Positions 30,154 to 40,151 of a DNA stretch of 64,000 nucleotides are shown one piece after another. Under the pieces are notes generated by a model. It saw nothing but the letters and a program-made list of their open reading frames with translations. It was not told the origin of the DNA and did no database searches. Numbering within the stretch: the stretch's first letter is position 1; each line of letters begins with the position of its first letter. Origin of the DNA: an uncultured Desulfobacter sp. (GTDB lineage Bacteria > Desulfobacterota > Desulfobacteria > Desulfobacterales > Desulfobacteraceae). The position numbers were made by a program, and so were the translations under genes. The stretch covers positions 5,920,001 through 5,984,000 of the forward strand of contig OY762069.1 of NCBI GenBank assembly GCA_963665095.1, written 5' to 3'.

Positions 30154-32181
30154 TTAGCCTTCAAGCGCCTGGCGGTCAGCCATATCCATGAGAACACGTT
30201 CGCGGGCCTTGTCGATGCCCAGCTCTTTTCTCTTTTTATCAATGTGGGCGATCATCAGCGCGGCGTGTTTCACAGGATCGGTTTCAAGATCCCATTTGCC
30301 GCCGTACAGTTTTTCCATTTCCTTGGAAATGTAGTCATGGAAAACCGGTGCGCCGGAAGTGGGCAGGGTCACGCCGAATACGGTGTAAACACCGGAAGCA
30401 ACAAAGTAATGTCCAATGGAGATTGCTTTTTCACTCATCCATTCGGGTGCGGAGCCTGCTGCGGGCAGATCACAGATGTCGTTGCCCAGGCCGCCGGCTT
30501 TGACAACTTCTGTTGCTGCCAGCAGGATTCTGGAGTTATCAACGCAGGAACCAAGGTGGAGTACCGGTGGGATACCTACGGTTTCACATACCTCAGCCAG
30601 TCCGGGGCCACAGTATACCTGGGCGGATTCCGGTGTCAGAAGTCCTTCCATGGCGCAGGCAATGGCATTACAGCCGGTGGTCAGTACAATAACGTCGTTT
30701 TTAATCAACTCTTTGACAACCGTGGTGTGGGCTTCATTGTGCTTTGTTCTGGCGTTGTTACAGCCAACTACGCCGCCAATGCCGCGGATACGGCCGTTGA
30801 TGATGTTGTCGTTCAGGGTATAGTAAGAGCCGCGGAAAGAACCACCGAGATGGTACTGGATGGATTCCACGCCAAAGCCGGCAATCTGGGTGGCTTTGTA
30901 AGGCGGAATCATCACATCGGGACCGCGGTTTTCAAAGTTGTCAATGGCCATTTTTACGATGCGTTTGGCATCTTCCAGGGCATGATGTTCGTCAAATTCA
31001 ATGTGAATGACGTTGTCCTGTTCCATTTTTGCGATGGGGTGGGTGGTGATCAGTTTGGTGTGGAAGCACTTGGCAACATTGGCCAGGTTCTGCATGATAC
31101 ACTGAATATCTACAACCATGGCGTCACAGGCACCGGTGATGATGGCCATTTCCTGCTGCAGGAAGGTGGCGGCTGTAGGGATGCCGTGGCGCTGGAGAAT
31201 TTCATTGGCTGTACAGCAGATACCGCCTAACTGGATACCTTTTGCGCCTTTTTCCTTGGCGTAATCAAGCATTTCCTGGGACTGGGCCACTGCCACGATA
31301 ATTTCAGACAGTACAGGCTCATGACCATGAACGATCAGGTTGACATGGTCTTCCTTCATGATACCCAGGTTGGCTTCGGACTGAACCGGATAAGGCGTTC
31401 CAAACAGAACATCCTGGAGGTCGGTGGCGAGCATGGAGCCGCCCCAGCCATCGCCAAGCGCTGCACGGGTGCCCTGTTTCATCAGGTTTTTGTAATCCTG
31501 GTCAACGCCCATGTGGGTTCTATGCATAATCTCAACGATCTCCCGGTCAATGTTTCTGGGAAGAACGCCGGTTTTTTTCCATTTTTCATACAGCGGGGCG
31601 GGTGCCCTTTTCATATAAAGAACTTCGCCTTCGGGTTTACCCCATTCCTGGATGGCTACTTCAGCGACTTCCAGGGCGATTTCATCAATATCTCTTTGTT
31701 TGGTTTCACCATCTTCTTCAACAGTGATGTCAACACCTAAGCACGGTGCAATCTGAAGAAGTTTCAGGGTATCTTTAATCTGGTAAGCATCGGTCTCTTT
31801 ACGGGCAGCAGAGAGGAATACTTCTGCCACGCAACGGCCATGGTCGGAGTGAGCAGATGCGCCGCCGGCGATCATACGGATAAAGTTTCTGGCGGCAATG
31901 GTATTCGCGGTGGCACCGCAAAGGCCTTTTCTGGTATCTTCGCCTTCGATCCCTGCTTTGGGAAGGGGCAGGCGGCATGGGCCCATGGAGCAGTTTTTAC
32001 AGCAGGTTCCCTGGGCACCGATATTACAGGCCATCATTTGAGCAGCTCTGTCAAATACGGTGTCTATGCCCAGCTTCTGTGCACGGGCCTGGAGTTCCTG
32101 GGTCCCTTTATCTATGGAGACATTTTTTGCATCAGCCAGTTTGGGGGCTTTTGCAGCTTTTGTATCTTTAACTTCTGCCAT
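30154..32181 (-). CDS. cooS: Ni-CO dehydrogenase catalytic subunit (AcsA/CooS)
   Basis: CCKNCSMGPC, HSDHG, HGHEP, GICCT, GCNN, GSCVDN and EWMSEKA motifs. Confidence 0.97.
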   Translation of the reverse strand: MAEVKDTKAAKAPKLADAKNVSIDKGTQELQARAQKLGIDTVFDRAAQMMACNIGAQGTCCKNCSMGPCRLPLPKAGIEGEDTRKGLCGATANTIAARNFIRMIAGGASAHSDHGRCVAEVFLSAARKETDAYQIKDTLKLLQIAPCLGVDITVEEDGETKQRDIDEIALEVAEVAIQEWGKPEGEVLYMKRAPAPLYEKWKKTGVLPRNIDREIVEIMHRTHMGVDQDYKNLMKQGTRAALGDGWGGSMLATDLQDVLFGTPYPVQSEANLGIMKEDHVNLIVHGHEPVLSEIIVAVAQSQEMLDYAKEKGAKGIQLGGICCTANEILQRHGIPTAATFLQQEMAIITGACDAMVVDIQCIMQNLANVAKCFHTKLITTHPIAKMEQDNVIHIEFDEHHALEDAKRIVKMAIDNFENRGPDVMIPPYKATQIAGFGVESIQYHLGGSFRGSYYTLNDNIINGRIRGIGGVVGCNNARTKHNEAHTTVVKELIKNDVIVLTTGCNAIACAMEGLLTPESAQVYCGPGLAEVCETVGIPPVLHLGSCVDNSRILLAATEVVKAGGLGNDICDLPAAGSAPEWMSEKAISIGHYFVASGVYTVFGVTLPTSGAPVFHDYISKEMEKLYGGKWDLETDPVKHAALMIAHIDKKRKELGIDKARERVLMDMADRQALEG

Positions 32182-32248
32182 CAGAGGTTCCTCCTCTTAG
32201 TTATCTGAAATTGGGTCGGTGAATTCGAAAGTCCTCGGCTGGAATGTC

Positions 32249-33811
32249 CTACATTCTTTTGTGGACTCTGGCCAGATTGGCCATAATTTTTTCCAACTCT
32301 GTGACCTGAACCTGGGCTGCCGTTTTAGAAACCTGGCTTGCTGTCATGCTGGCTCTTTGAGCCGCATGGGCTTCTTTTTCAGCAGCACGTTTCTGCCGAA
32401 TCTCTTCAGCTTCGGCGTCTCTGGCTGCTGCAGCGTCTTTTGCAGCCTTTTTCTCTGCTTCAATTTTGGCTTTGGCGTCAGCTTCTGCTTTTGCCTTGGC
32501 GTCGGCTTCTGCTTTTGCTTTAGCCTCGGCTTCTGCCTTGGCTTTAGCTTCTGCGTCTGCTTTAGCCTTGGCCTCAGCTTCAGCTTTAACCTTGGCTTCA
32601 GCTTCCGGATCTACAGCAGGTGCTGCAGGTGCAGCTTCTTCCTTGGCCGGCGCGGCTTCGGCTTTGGGTGCTTCAGCCTTCTTGGGTGCCTCGGCTTTGG
32701 GTGCGGCAGCCTTGGGTGCTTCTTTGGCAGCCGGTGCGGCCTTGGCAGCCGGTGCAGCTTTCTTCTCTTCTTCAATGGTGAGATCAACTTCCGGTGCCAG
32801 AGCAGAAAAATCTATCTCAACGTCATCGCAACGTTTGGTGATAGCTGCCACATCCATGGCAGAACCGCCGTCGGAAATAAGATCAATGTATGATTTGGTT
32901 AATTTAATGGATTCAGGATGACGCATGATCAGAATACTGGATCCTGACATGAGGTAGGATACCGCAGCAACAGCTTCCATGAGAATGGCCCTTCTTTCGG
33001 GATCTCCGATTTCCGGCGCATCTTTAACAGTCTGCTTGGCTTCCTTGCATTTCCAGACTTCGTTACCCACGTTGTTGATCATGGGGTTCTGAAGCTTGTC
33101 ATCACCCTGGGTCAAAGCGGCCTGTCCCAGACGTTCCATAACTGAGTAAGTGTATTCAAGGCCGTATCCCAGACCACCGGTGGTGGGATCAACAATGACC
33201 TTACCCAGGGAAACGCCTAAGTTTTCCAGCAGGATGTTTACCTGTTTAGCTAAGTTGACGTCAATGGGGGAGGAAGAAATAATGGTATGGCCGTAACCCA
33301 TGCAGGCTGCGCCGATACCTTTGTGGTTCTTTTCTTCCACAGGACCGAGGATCAGGTTTTCTCCCTGACACTCTTCTGCGATTTTTTTCAAGACTTCTTC
33401 ATCTTTGGCAGGAACCGCACACCCCCAGACAATCAGTGGAACATTGATTGCTCCCAAGACGTTTTTAACCGTTGCGGCTGCATCTTCAGGACTTGCATCC
33501 TTGTCGTTGGGATCAATGCTTTTTAACTGGAGAACGATGGCCTGTGCCCCGTATTCCTCCACACACTTCTTTGCCCATGCCGCAGGATCTGAAATTACAT
33601 CTGCAAACGGAGCTTTAGCTGCTTCTGGCCAGTCTTCCGGTTCAAAATCCCAGATTTCCATAGCGATAACGGGTTTGTTGGGCATATCCCCTTCAAACTG
33701 ATAAAAAGGATAGCTTGATTGGCCGCCAACTGTAAGAGCTGCGTCACCTTTGCCAATGGTGACGCCCTTGATGCTGCCGGCATAGGTTTCTTTGGTTATT
33801 TCAAAGCCCAC
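32249..33811 (-). CDS. acsD: Corrinoid Fe-S protein small (delta) subunit with long C-terminal extension
   Basis: SPIDVNLAKQ, DPTTGGLGYGLEY and LIMRHP motifs; GTG start after GGAGG; about 200 extra C-terminal residues. Confidence 0.93.
   Translation of the reverse strand: MGFEITKETYAGSIKGVTIGKGDAALTVGGQSSYPFYQFEGDMPNKPVIAMEIWDFEPEDWPEAAKAPFADVISDPAAWAKKCVEEYGAQAIVLQLKSIDPNDKDASPEDAAATVKNVLGAINVPLIVWGCAVPAKDEEVLKKIAEECQGENLILGPVEEKNHKGIGAACMGYGHTIISSSPIDVNLAKQVNILLENLGVSLGKVIVDPTTGGLGYGLEYTYSVMERLGQAALTQGDDKLQNPMINNVGNEVWKCKEAKQTVKDAPEIGDPERRAILMEAVAAVSYLMSGSSILIMRHPESIKLTKSYIDLISDGGSAMDVAAITKRCDDVEIDFSALAPEVDLTIEEEKKAAPAAKAAPAAKEAPKAAAPKAEAPKKAEAPKAEAAPAKEEAAPAAPAVDPEAEAKVKAEAEAKAKADAEAKAKAEAEAKAKAEADAKAKAEADAKAKIEAEKKAAKDAAAARDAEAEEIRQKRAAEKEAHAAQRASMTASQVSKTAAQVQVTELEKIMANLARVHKRM
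32462..32605 (-). repeat. Imperfect 24-bp coding tandem repeat (AKAKAEA[E/D])n within acsD
   Basis: EAEAKVKAEAEAKAKADAEAKAKAEAEAKAKAEADAKAKAEADAKAK. Confidence 0.85.
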
Positions 33812-33876
33812 TGGTACCTCCTAAAAATTTATAACTAGTTATGAGTTTTGGGGGGGGTGAATAATAATGACGTGAA

Positions 33877-34033
33877 GTTATCGAAAAAAAAGTAGAGGAG
33901 AAACAGGAAAAGACTCTGTCTCTTTCAAATGGGCTCAGCCAGATTTTGACTCCGTGCACCATACAACTACCTTTGTTTAGGTTTCCTATTTCGATAACAA
34001 AATAGACTTATAATTGTTGGGGTTTTTTGTCAA
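33877..34033 (-). promoter_or_regulatory. Candidate acs promoter and structured 5' leader
   Basis: TTGACA at 34033-34028 on the minus strand (weak -10 match); 10-bp inverted repeat GTTATCGAAA (33877-33886) / TTTCGATAAC (33989-33998) enclosing further stems. Confidence 0.4.
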
Positions 34034-34512
34034 TAGATGAATGAATTTAATGATTATAGGTTGTTAGAGCCGCATTCCTAAGCATTTCAACGGTTTTTAC
34101 ATTTTTGTATAAAAGCGATTGGTTAATGAATGTAATTTAATTTTTAAATTCAAATCGTAGATGCGAAATATATAATTTACAGATTATTGTTTATTCGTTG
34201 GGCATGGATAGTCTTAGATTGCTTTACCTTTTGAATTTTTAGATTAATACCAAACACAATGGGGCGCTACTATCTTGCTTTTTTCGCCGCCTATCATGTC
34301 TGCTTGTATATATATATCTGCTTATATATATAATGATGGGAAGACCGCATAGAAATTTGGTTGATTTTTTCCATTATATTATATAGGAAGGGGAGTCAGT
34401 TAAACGTTTAGGAATTCAAAAAGACGGCAAAAGACGGTAGTAATCAAATAAGTTTAGTCTCAATTAATTCAATGGCCTGATATCCAGGTCCTAAATGTAA
34501 AGGAGTTTAGTC

Positions 34513-36288
34513 ATGGCATTAGATCCAACCAAACATGCGGATTGGGAAATTGCAGAAGATGCAGAAAAGAACATGCTCACTATTTATGAAATCGGTGAAA
34601 AGCTTGGTCTGACCAAGGAAGAACTGCTTCCCCAGGGGCACTACATTGGAAAAATCGATTTCATGAGAGTTCTTGAACGTCTTAAAGATAAACCCAATGG
34701 AAAGTACATTGACGTAACTGCCATTACCCCCACCCCGCTGGGCGAAGGTAAATCCACCTCCTCCATGGGCCTGGTTCAGGGTTTAGGTAAAATCGGTAAA
34801 AACGTCTGCGCTGCCATTCGTCAGCCTTCAGGCGGCCCCACCATGAACATCAAGGGTTCTGCCGCCGGCGGCGGTCTGGCCCAGTGCATTCCCCTGACCC
34901 CGTTCTCTTTAGGGTTCACCGGCGACATCAACGCCATCATGAACGCCCACAACCTGGCCATGGTTGCCCTGACCTCCCGTCTCCAGCATGAAAGAAACTA
35001 CACTGACGAACAGCTCGAACGCCTCTCCGGCATGAAGAGAATCGACATTGATCCCACCAACATCGAGATGGGCTGGATCATTGATTTCTGCTGCCAGTCC
35101 CTGCGTAACATCATCATCGGTATTGACGGTGTAAACGGCAAGGCTGACGGTTTTATGATGAAATCCAAATTCGGTATTGCTGTTTCTTCAGAAGTTATGG
35201 CGATTCTGGCCCTTGCCAACGACCTTAAAGATATGCGTGAAAGAATGGGTAAAATTGTTGTGGCCTACACCAAAAAAGGCGCGCCTGTTACCACAGAAGA
35301 TCTGCAGGTTGCCGGTGCCATGACTGCCTGGATGGTGGATGCCCTGAAGCCGTCTTTGATGCAGACTCTGGAAGGCCAGCCCGTTATTGTTCATGCCGGT
35401 CCTTTTGCCAATATCGCCATTGGCCAGTCCTCCATTCTTGCTGACAAGGTTGGCCTGAAGCTGGCTGACTACCATGTCACCGAATCCGGTTTTGGTGCGG
35501 ACATTGGGTTTGAAAAATTCTGGAACCTGAAATGCCGTTATTCCGGACTGAAACCCGACTGTGCAGTTGTTGTTGCCACCATCCGGGCCCTGAAATGCCA
35601 CGGCGGCGCACCGGTTCCTGTTCCCGGCAAACCCATGCCTGAAGAGTACAACACTGAAAACGTTGACTGGGTTGCCAAGGGCTGCGACAACCTCATCCAT
35701 CACATCCGCAACGTCCGTAAAGCCGGTATCTCTCCGGTTGTCTGCATCAACGCCTTCTACACAGATACCGATGCAGAGATCGCAAAAGTCCGTGAGCTGT
35801 GCGAAGCTGAGGGTGCAAGAGTGGCTCTTTCCCGTCACTGGGAAAAAGGTGGCGACGGTGCCATTGAATTTGCTGAAACTGTTGTGGCAGCATGCGAAGA
35901 AAAAACAGAGTTTAAATTCCTCTATGAGCTGGATATGCCGCTCAAACAAAGAATTGAACTCATCGCCAAAGAAGTTTACGGTGCTGACGGTGTTGACTAC
36001 TCACCTGCTGCAGACAAAAAGCTGGCTCAGCTCCAGGCCGATCCCGAACTGGCCAAGATGGGTATGTGTATGGTAAAAACCCATCTGTCTCTGTCTGACA
36101 ACCCCGCGCTTAAGGGTGTGCCCACAGGCTGGAGACTGACCATCCGCGAAGTCCTGACCTATGGTGGTGCAGGCTTTATCGTTCCGGTTGCAGGCGCTAT
36201 CTCCCTGATGCCTGGCACTGGGTCCAACCCGGCCTTCAGGCGTGTTGATGTTAACGTTGAAACCGGCAAGGTTGAAGGCGTATTCTAA
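34513..36288 (+). CDS. fhs: Formate-tetrahydrofolate ligase
   Basis: [31 protein letters not shown] and [10 protein letters not shown] motifs. Confidence 0.97.
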   Translation: MALDPTKHADWEIAEDAEKNMLTIYEIGEKLGLTKEELLPQGHYIGKIDFMRVLERLKDKPNGKYIDVTAITPTPLGEGKSTSSMGLVQGLGKIGKNVCAAIRQPSGGPTMNIKGSAAGGGLAQCIPLTPFSLGFTGDINAIMNAHNLAMVALTSRLQHERNYTDEQLERLSGMKRIDIDPTNIEMGWIIDFCCQSLRNIIIGIDGVNGKADGFMMKSKFGIAVSSEVMAILALANDLKDMRERMGKIVVAYTKKGAPVTTEDLQVAGAMTAWMVDALKPSLMQTLEGQPVIVHAGPFANIAIGQSSILADKVGLKLADYHVTESGFGADIGFEKFWNLKCRYSGLKPDCAVVVATIRALKCHGGAPVPVPGKPMPEEYNTENVDWVAKGCDNLIHHIRNVRKAGISPVVCINAFYTDTDAEIAKVRELCEAEGARVALSRHWEKGGDGAIEFAETVVAACEEKTEFKFLYELDMPLKQRIELIAKEVYGADGVDYSPAADKKLAQLQADPELAKMGMCMVKTHLSLSDNPALKGVPTGWRLTIREVLTYGGAGFIVPVAGAISLMPGTGSNPAFRRVDVNVETGKVEGVF

Positions 36289-36376
36289 TTAAAAGATTCT
36301 AATTTATCCCGGCAGCCGCCAGTCTGATGTGTATCGGTCTGGCGGCTGCCACAGAATCATATCAGGAGAAAACAAA

Positions 36377-37273
36377 ATGACTGCGGAAATTATTAGCGGT
36401 ACCGAGATAAGAAAGACCATTCTGGCAGAAATCAAGGAAGACGTTGAAAAAATGAAAGCCAAACACGGCAAAGGACCGGGTCTGGTTACCATCCTTGTGG
36501 GCAAAAATCCTGCATCTGTCAGCTATGTTACTTTGAAAGTAAAAACAGCTCTGTCTGTTGGCTTTAACGAAATCCAGGACGATCAGCCCGAAGATATTTC
36601 TGAAGAGGATCTGCTGGCTCTGATCGAAAAATATAACAATGATCCCGACATTCACGGCATCCTGGTTCAGCTGCCGCTGCCCAAACATGTGGATGATAAA
36701 AAAGTTCTCAACGCCATTAACCCTGACAAAGACGTGGATGCCTTCCATCCCGTAAACGTTGGTCGTCTGATGATTGGTGGTGATGAAGCAAAATTTCTGC
36801 CCTGCACCCCTGCCGGTATCCAGGAAATGATCGTTCGTTCCGGCACGGAAACCAGCGGCGCGGAAGTGGTTGTTGTGGGTCGTTCCAACATCGTTGGCAA
36901 ACCCATTGCCATGATGATGGCGCAAAAAGGTGTGGGTGCCAACTCCACCGTAACAATCGTTCACACCAGAACCAAAGATTTGGCTGCCCATTGCAAACGT
37001 GCAGATATTCTCGTTGTTGCAGCCGGTGTTCCTGATCTTGTAAAACCGGAATGGATCAAACCGGGCGCCACCGTTATTGATGTCGGTGTTAACCGTGTGG
37101 GTATGAACGAAACCACAGGAAAAGCGATTCTCAAGGGCGATGTGGATTTTGATGCAGCCAAGGAAATTGCAGGTAAAATTACCCCTGTTCCAGGTGGCGT
37201 AGGACCCATGACCATAGCCATGCTCATGAAAAATACCCTGAAATCCGCCCAGTATGCGTTAGGTGATATTTAG
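36377..37273 (+). CDS. folD: Methylene-THF dehydrogenase/cyclohydrolase
   Basis: YVTLK, GILVQLPLP, KDVDAFHP, GRSNIVGKP and TPVPGGVGPMT motifs; start after AGGAG. Confidence 0.97.
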   Translation: MTAEIISGTEIRKTILAEIKEDVEKMKAKHGKGPGLVTILVGKNPASVSYVTLKVKTALSVGFNEIQDDQPEDISEEDLLALIEKYNNDPDIHGILVQLPLPKHVDDKKVLNAINPDKDVDAFHPVNVGRLMIGGDEAKFLPCTPAGIQEMIVRSGTETSGAEVVVVGRSNIVGKPIAMMMAQKGVGANSTVTIVHTRTKDLAAHCKRADILVVAAGVPDLVKPEWIKPGATVIDVGVNRVGMNETTGKAILKGDVDFDAAKEIAGKITPVPGGVGPMTIAMLMKNTLKSAQYALGDI

Positions 37274-37331
37274 GAATAGCTGTTGTGGTCATCTGAACCG
37301 GTAAATTAAAAACGGGACAGATGCCAGATTT

Positions 37332-37386
37332 GCCGCCGGCCTCTTTATATAATGATATGATAAAGATGTCGGCGGTTTATTATTTT
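37332..37386 (+). terminator. Probable terminator after folD
   Basis: GCCGCCGGC...GTCGGCGGT stem followed by a T-rich tract. Confidence 0.6.
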
Positions 37387-37403
37387 AAAACAAAGAGGGC
37401 CTC

Positions 37404-37670
37404 ATGTCAGAATTAAACCTGATAACCCTTATCGGCTTGACTGCTGCCTTCTGCACAACAATCTCTTTTCTGCCCCAGGCAGTCAGAGTTATAAAAAGCA
37501 GACAGACTAGAGATATCTCTCTGGGGATGTATATACTGTTCTCAAGTGGTGTATTTCTCTGGCTGGTTTATGGAATTGTGATCAGAGACCTTCCTATTAT
37601 TATTGCCAATGCAGTTACCTTTGCATTCAGCTTTACGATTCTGATTTTCAAACTGAAATATAAAGAGTAA
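37404..37670 (+). CDS. SemiSWEET (PQ-loop) transporter
   Basis: 88 aa with 3 TM segments; TTISFLPQ, TRDISL, WLVYG and PIIIAN motifs. Confidence 0.92.
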   Translation: MSELNLITLIGLTAAFCTTISFLPQAVRVIKSRQTRDISLGMYILFSSGVFLWLVYGIVIRDLPIIIANAVTFAFSFTILIFKLKYKE

Positions 37671-37823
37671 TGCAAGACTGGATACAGATTAAAGGATATG
37701 GCGAATCCGGTGTCCCCATGGTATAAATATCCCCGATATCTGTCGTCAGAGAACCAAGGAAATAATTATTCAAATGGCGCCGGAAATAAAAGGCGGGCTT
37801 TTAAATAGAATTGAGGAGGATAT

Positions 37824-38135
37824 ATGCCTGAAGGAAGTGGATTTGTAATGAGTGAGGCAAAAGACAAAGGGCAGGCTCGGAAAGATGCCATGCCCAAAAT
37901 TGATTTTTCAAGTTTTATCCTGTCGTTGTATTCATCTGGCCTTGTACAGCTCGGAAAGGTGGAGGATCCGTCCACCGGGAAAGTGGTAAAGAATCTGGAA
38001 ATGGCCAAACATACCATTGATATGATTGCCATGCTCCAGGAAAAAACCCGGGGAAATCTTGTGACAGATGAAGAAAATTTGCTTAAGGCCCTTCTTGCTG
38101 AATTGCGCATGGCCTATGTGGAGTCCAAGGACTGA
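37824..38135 (+). CDS. DUF1844 family protein
   Basis: FSSFILSL...LGKVEDP...AKHTIDMIAMLQEKTRGNL; position upstream of ispE. Confidence 0.85.
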   Translation: MPEGSGFVMSEAKDKGQARKDAMPKIDFSSFILSLYSSGLVQLGKVEDPSTGKVVKNLEMAKHTIDMIAMLQEKTRGNLVTDEENLLKALLAELRMAYVESKD

Positions 38136-39013
38136 TGTCAGTGCGGCTGTCTTATGCCAAGATTAATCTGTTTCTTTATGTGACAGGCAGGCGGCCGGAC
38201 GGGTATCATGAACTTTACTCCCTTATGGCGCCGATAGCTCTGGCTGACCGGTTGGAAATCAACTGTGAAGGCAATTCAATTCGTGCCGTGTGCAACCATC
38301 CGGATCTCCCCGGAGATGGTACCAATCTTGCCTGCCGTGCTGCATCAGTTTTCAGGGCAGCTTTGTTTGAAAAGGGGGGTGCGGCGCCCTTTGAGGGGCT
38401 GACCATTCATATTGAAAAAGCCATTCCGGTGGGTGGTGGCTTAGGAGGCGGCAGTTCCAATGCCGCTACGGTGCTTTCAATCCTGAACGATACTTATGAA
38501 CAGCCATTTTCTGTAAATGAACTGATGAAACTTGGGTTGGCGCTTGGTGCGGATGTTCCTTTTTTTATTCAGGGTGTGCCTGCCTTTGCTACAGGTGTTG
38601 GCGAAAAACTTCTTCCGTGCCGGCATTTTCCACGATTGTCAGTTCTTTTAGTAAGTCCTGGGGTGCTGGCGTCAACTGCAAATGTTTTCAGAAAGTTAGA
38701 ATTCGGATTGACATTCACGCCCTCCTATACTATAAATTCGAGTTCGAATGCATTGCCTTTCGGGAAAACGCTTGATGGCAGGCTGGTTTTGCACAATGAT
38801 CTTGAAGATCCGGCATGCTGCTTATATCCTGACATCGGGTTTGCAAAAAAAGAGATGGAGTTGTTGCTGGAAAGAAATATATACATGTCTGGAAGCGGCT
38901 CGTCTCTTTTTGCTCTTTATTCGGACCATGCGGTGGCAGCTGTCGATTACGAGCGGCTGATGCAGGCTGACCTGAAAAACGTCAAAGATGTTTTTCTGAC
39001 TCAGACTGTGTGA
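38135..39013 (+). CDS. ispE: 4-diphosphocytidyl-2-C-methyl-D-erythritol kinase
   Basis: AKINLFL, DGYHEL, IPVGGGLGGGSSNAA, GADVPFF and MSGSGS motifs. Confidence 0.95.
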   Translation: MSVRLSYAKINLFLYVTGRRPDGYHELYSLMAPIALADRLEINCEGNSIRAVCNHPDLPGDGTNLACRAASVFRAALFEKGGAAPFEGLTIHIEKAIPVGGGLGGGSSNAATVLSILNDTYEQPFSVNELMKLGLALGADVPFFIQGVPAFATGVGEKLLPCRHFPRLSVLLVSPGVLASTANVFRKLEFGLTFTPSYTINSSSNALPFGKTLDGRLVLHNDLEDPACCLYPDIGFAKKEMELLLERNIYMSGSGSSLFALYSDHAVAAVDYERLMQADLKNVKDVFLTQTV

Positions 39014-39035
39014 TGAAAGGCAGGATAACATGTTT

Positions 39036-39110
39036 TGGGGCGTCGTCAAGCGGTAAGACACAGGGTTTTGATCCCTGCATTCAGAGGTTCGAATCCTCTC
39101 GCCCCAGCCA
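39036..39110 (+). tRNA. tRNA-Gln(TTG)
   Basis: TGGGGCG acceptor stem, anticodon arm CAGGG-TTTTGAT-CCCTG, GGTTCGAATCC T-arm and CCA end; classic ispE-prs position. Confidence 0.97.
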
Positions 39111-39155
39111 AAAATTTTAAAAGGCCAGAAATGGTGAGAAAAAAAGAGGTTAATT

Positions 39156-40094
39156 ATGAACGGCCTGTCAATTTTTGCCGGTAATTCCAATCCCCCCTTT
39201 GCTGAAAAAATTTCAGATTACCTGGCCAAGCCCTTGGGGAGATTGAAAGTTAACCGGTTCAGCGACGGTGAAACCCAGGTCGAGATCCATGAAAATGTCC
39301 GGCGGCAGGAAGTGTATGTGATTCAATCTACCTGCAGTCCTGTGAACGATAACCTGGTGGAACTTTTACTGCTCATTGACGCTTTCCGGCGTTCCTCCGC
39401 TTCCCGGGTGACGGCTGTTATACCGTATTTCGGATATGCCAGGCAGGATAAAAAGGTGGCTCCTAGAGTACCAATCAGCGCCAAGGTGGTTGCCGATCTT
39501 CTGGATACGGTGGGCGTTGACAGGGTGATCACCATGGATCTTCACGCAGGGCAAATCCAGGGTTTTTTCAACGTGCCTGTGGATAATCTGTATGCAGCTC
39601 CTATTATTATAGATGATATCAAAACACGTTTCGGGGATGATATTGTGGTGGTCTCCCCTGATGCCGGAGGGGTGGAACGGGCAAGAGCCTATGCCAAACG
39701 ACTGGATGCCGAGCTGGCTATTGTGGACAAACGCCGCAGCGCACCCAACCAGGCCAAGGCCATGGCGATTATCGGCAATGTGGAAGGTAAGACCGCCCTG
39801 GTGATTGATGATATGGTGGACACTGCAGGGACATTGACTGAGGCCGCCGGTGTGATCAGGGATAAAGGTGCCAAGGAAGTGCATGCCTATTGCACGCATC
39901 CGGTATTGTCCGGCCCTGCCATTGAAAGAATTAAAAAATCGAATTTGAACTCACTTGTAGCAACTGACACTATCCCTTTATCTGAAGAAGCAATTGCCTG
40001 CGGTAAGATCCAAACACTGTCCATTGCAAAGCTTGTTGGTGAGGCAATTATGCGCAGCTACAGGGGAGATTCTGTAAATTCTCTATTTGTTTAA
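39156..40094 (+). CDS. prs: Ribose-phosphate pyrophosphokinase
   Basis: FSDGE, PYFGYARQD, DLHAGQIQGFF and DDMVDTAGT motifs. Confidence 0.97.
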   Translation: MNGLSIFAGNSNPPFAEKISDYLAKPLGRLKVNRFSDGETQVEIHENVRRQEVYVIQSTCSPVNDNLVELLLLIDAFRRSSASRVTAVIPYFGYARQDKKVAPRVPISAKVVADLLDTVGVDRVITMDLHAGQIQGFFNVPVDNLYAAPIIIDDIKTRFGDDIVVVSPDAGGVERARAYAKRLDAELAIVDKRRSAPNQAKAMAIIGNVEGKTALVIDDMVDTAGTLTEAAGVIRDKGAKEVHAYCTHPVLSGPAIERIKKSNLNSLVATDTIPLSEEAIACGKIQTLSIAKLVGEAIMRSYRGDSVNSLFV

Positions 40095-40151
40095 AAAAAT
40101 ATTTAGATCAATTTTGCCTTCCGGCGGAGGGCGATATGAAAGGGTTTAAAA

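Noticed and set aside
27905..32921. Long plus-strand ORFs (509, 328, 224 aa and others) opposite acsB, cooS and acsD
   Set aside because: Shadow frames from strong codon bias and the Ala/Lys repeat; no recognisable protein motifs.
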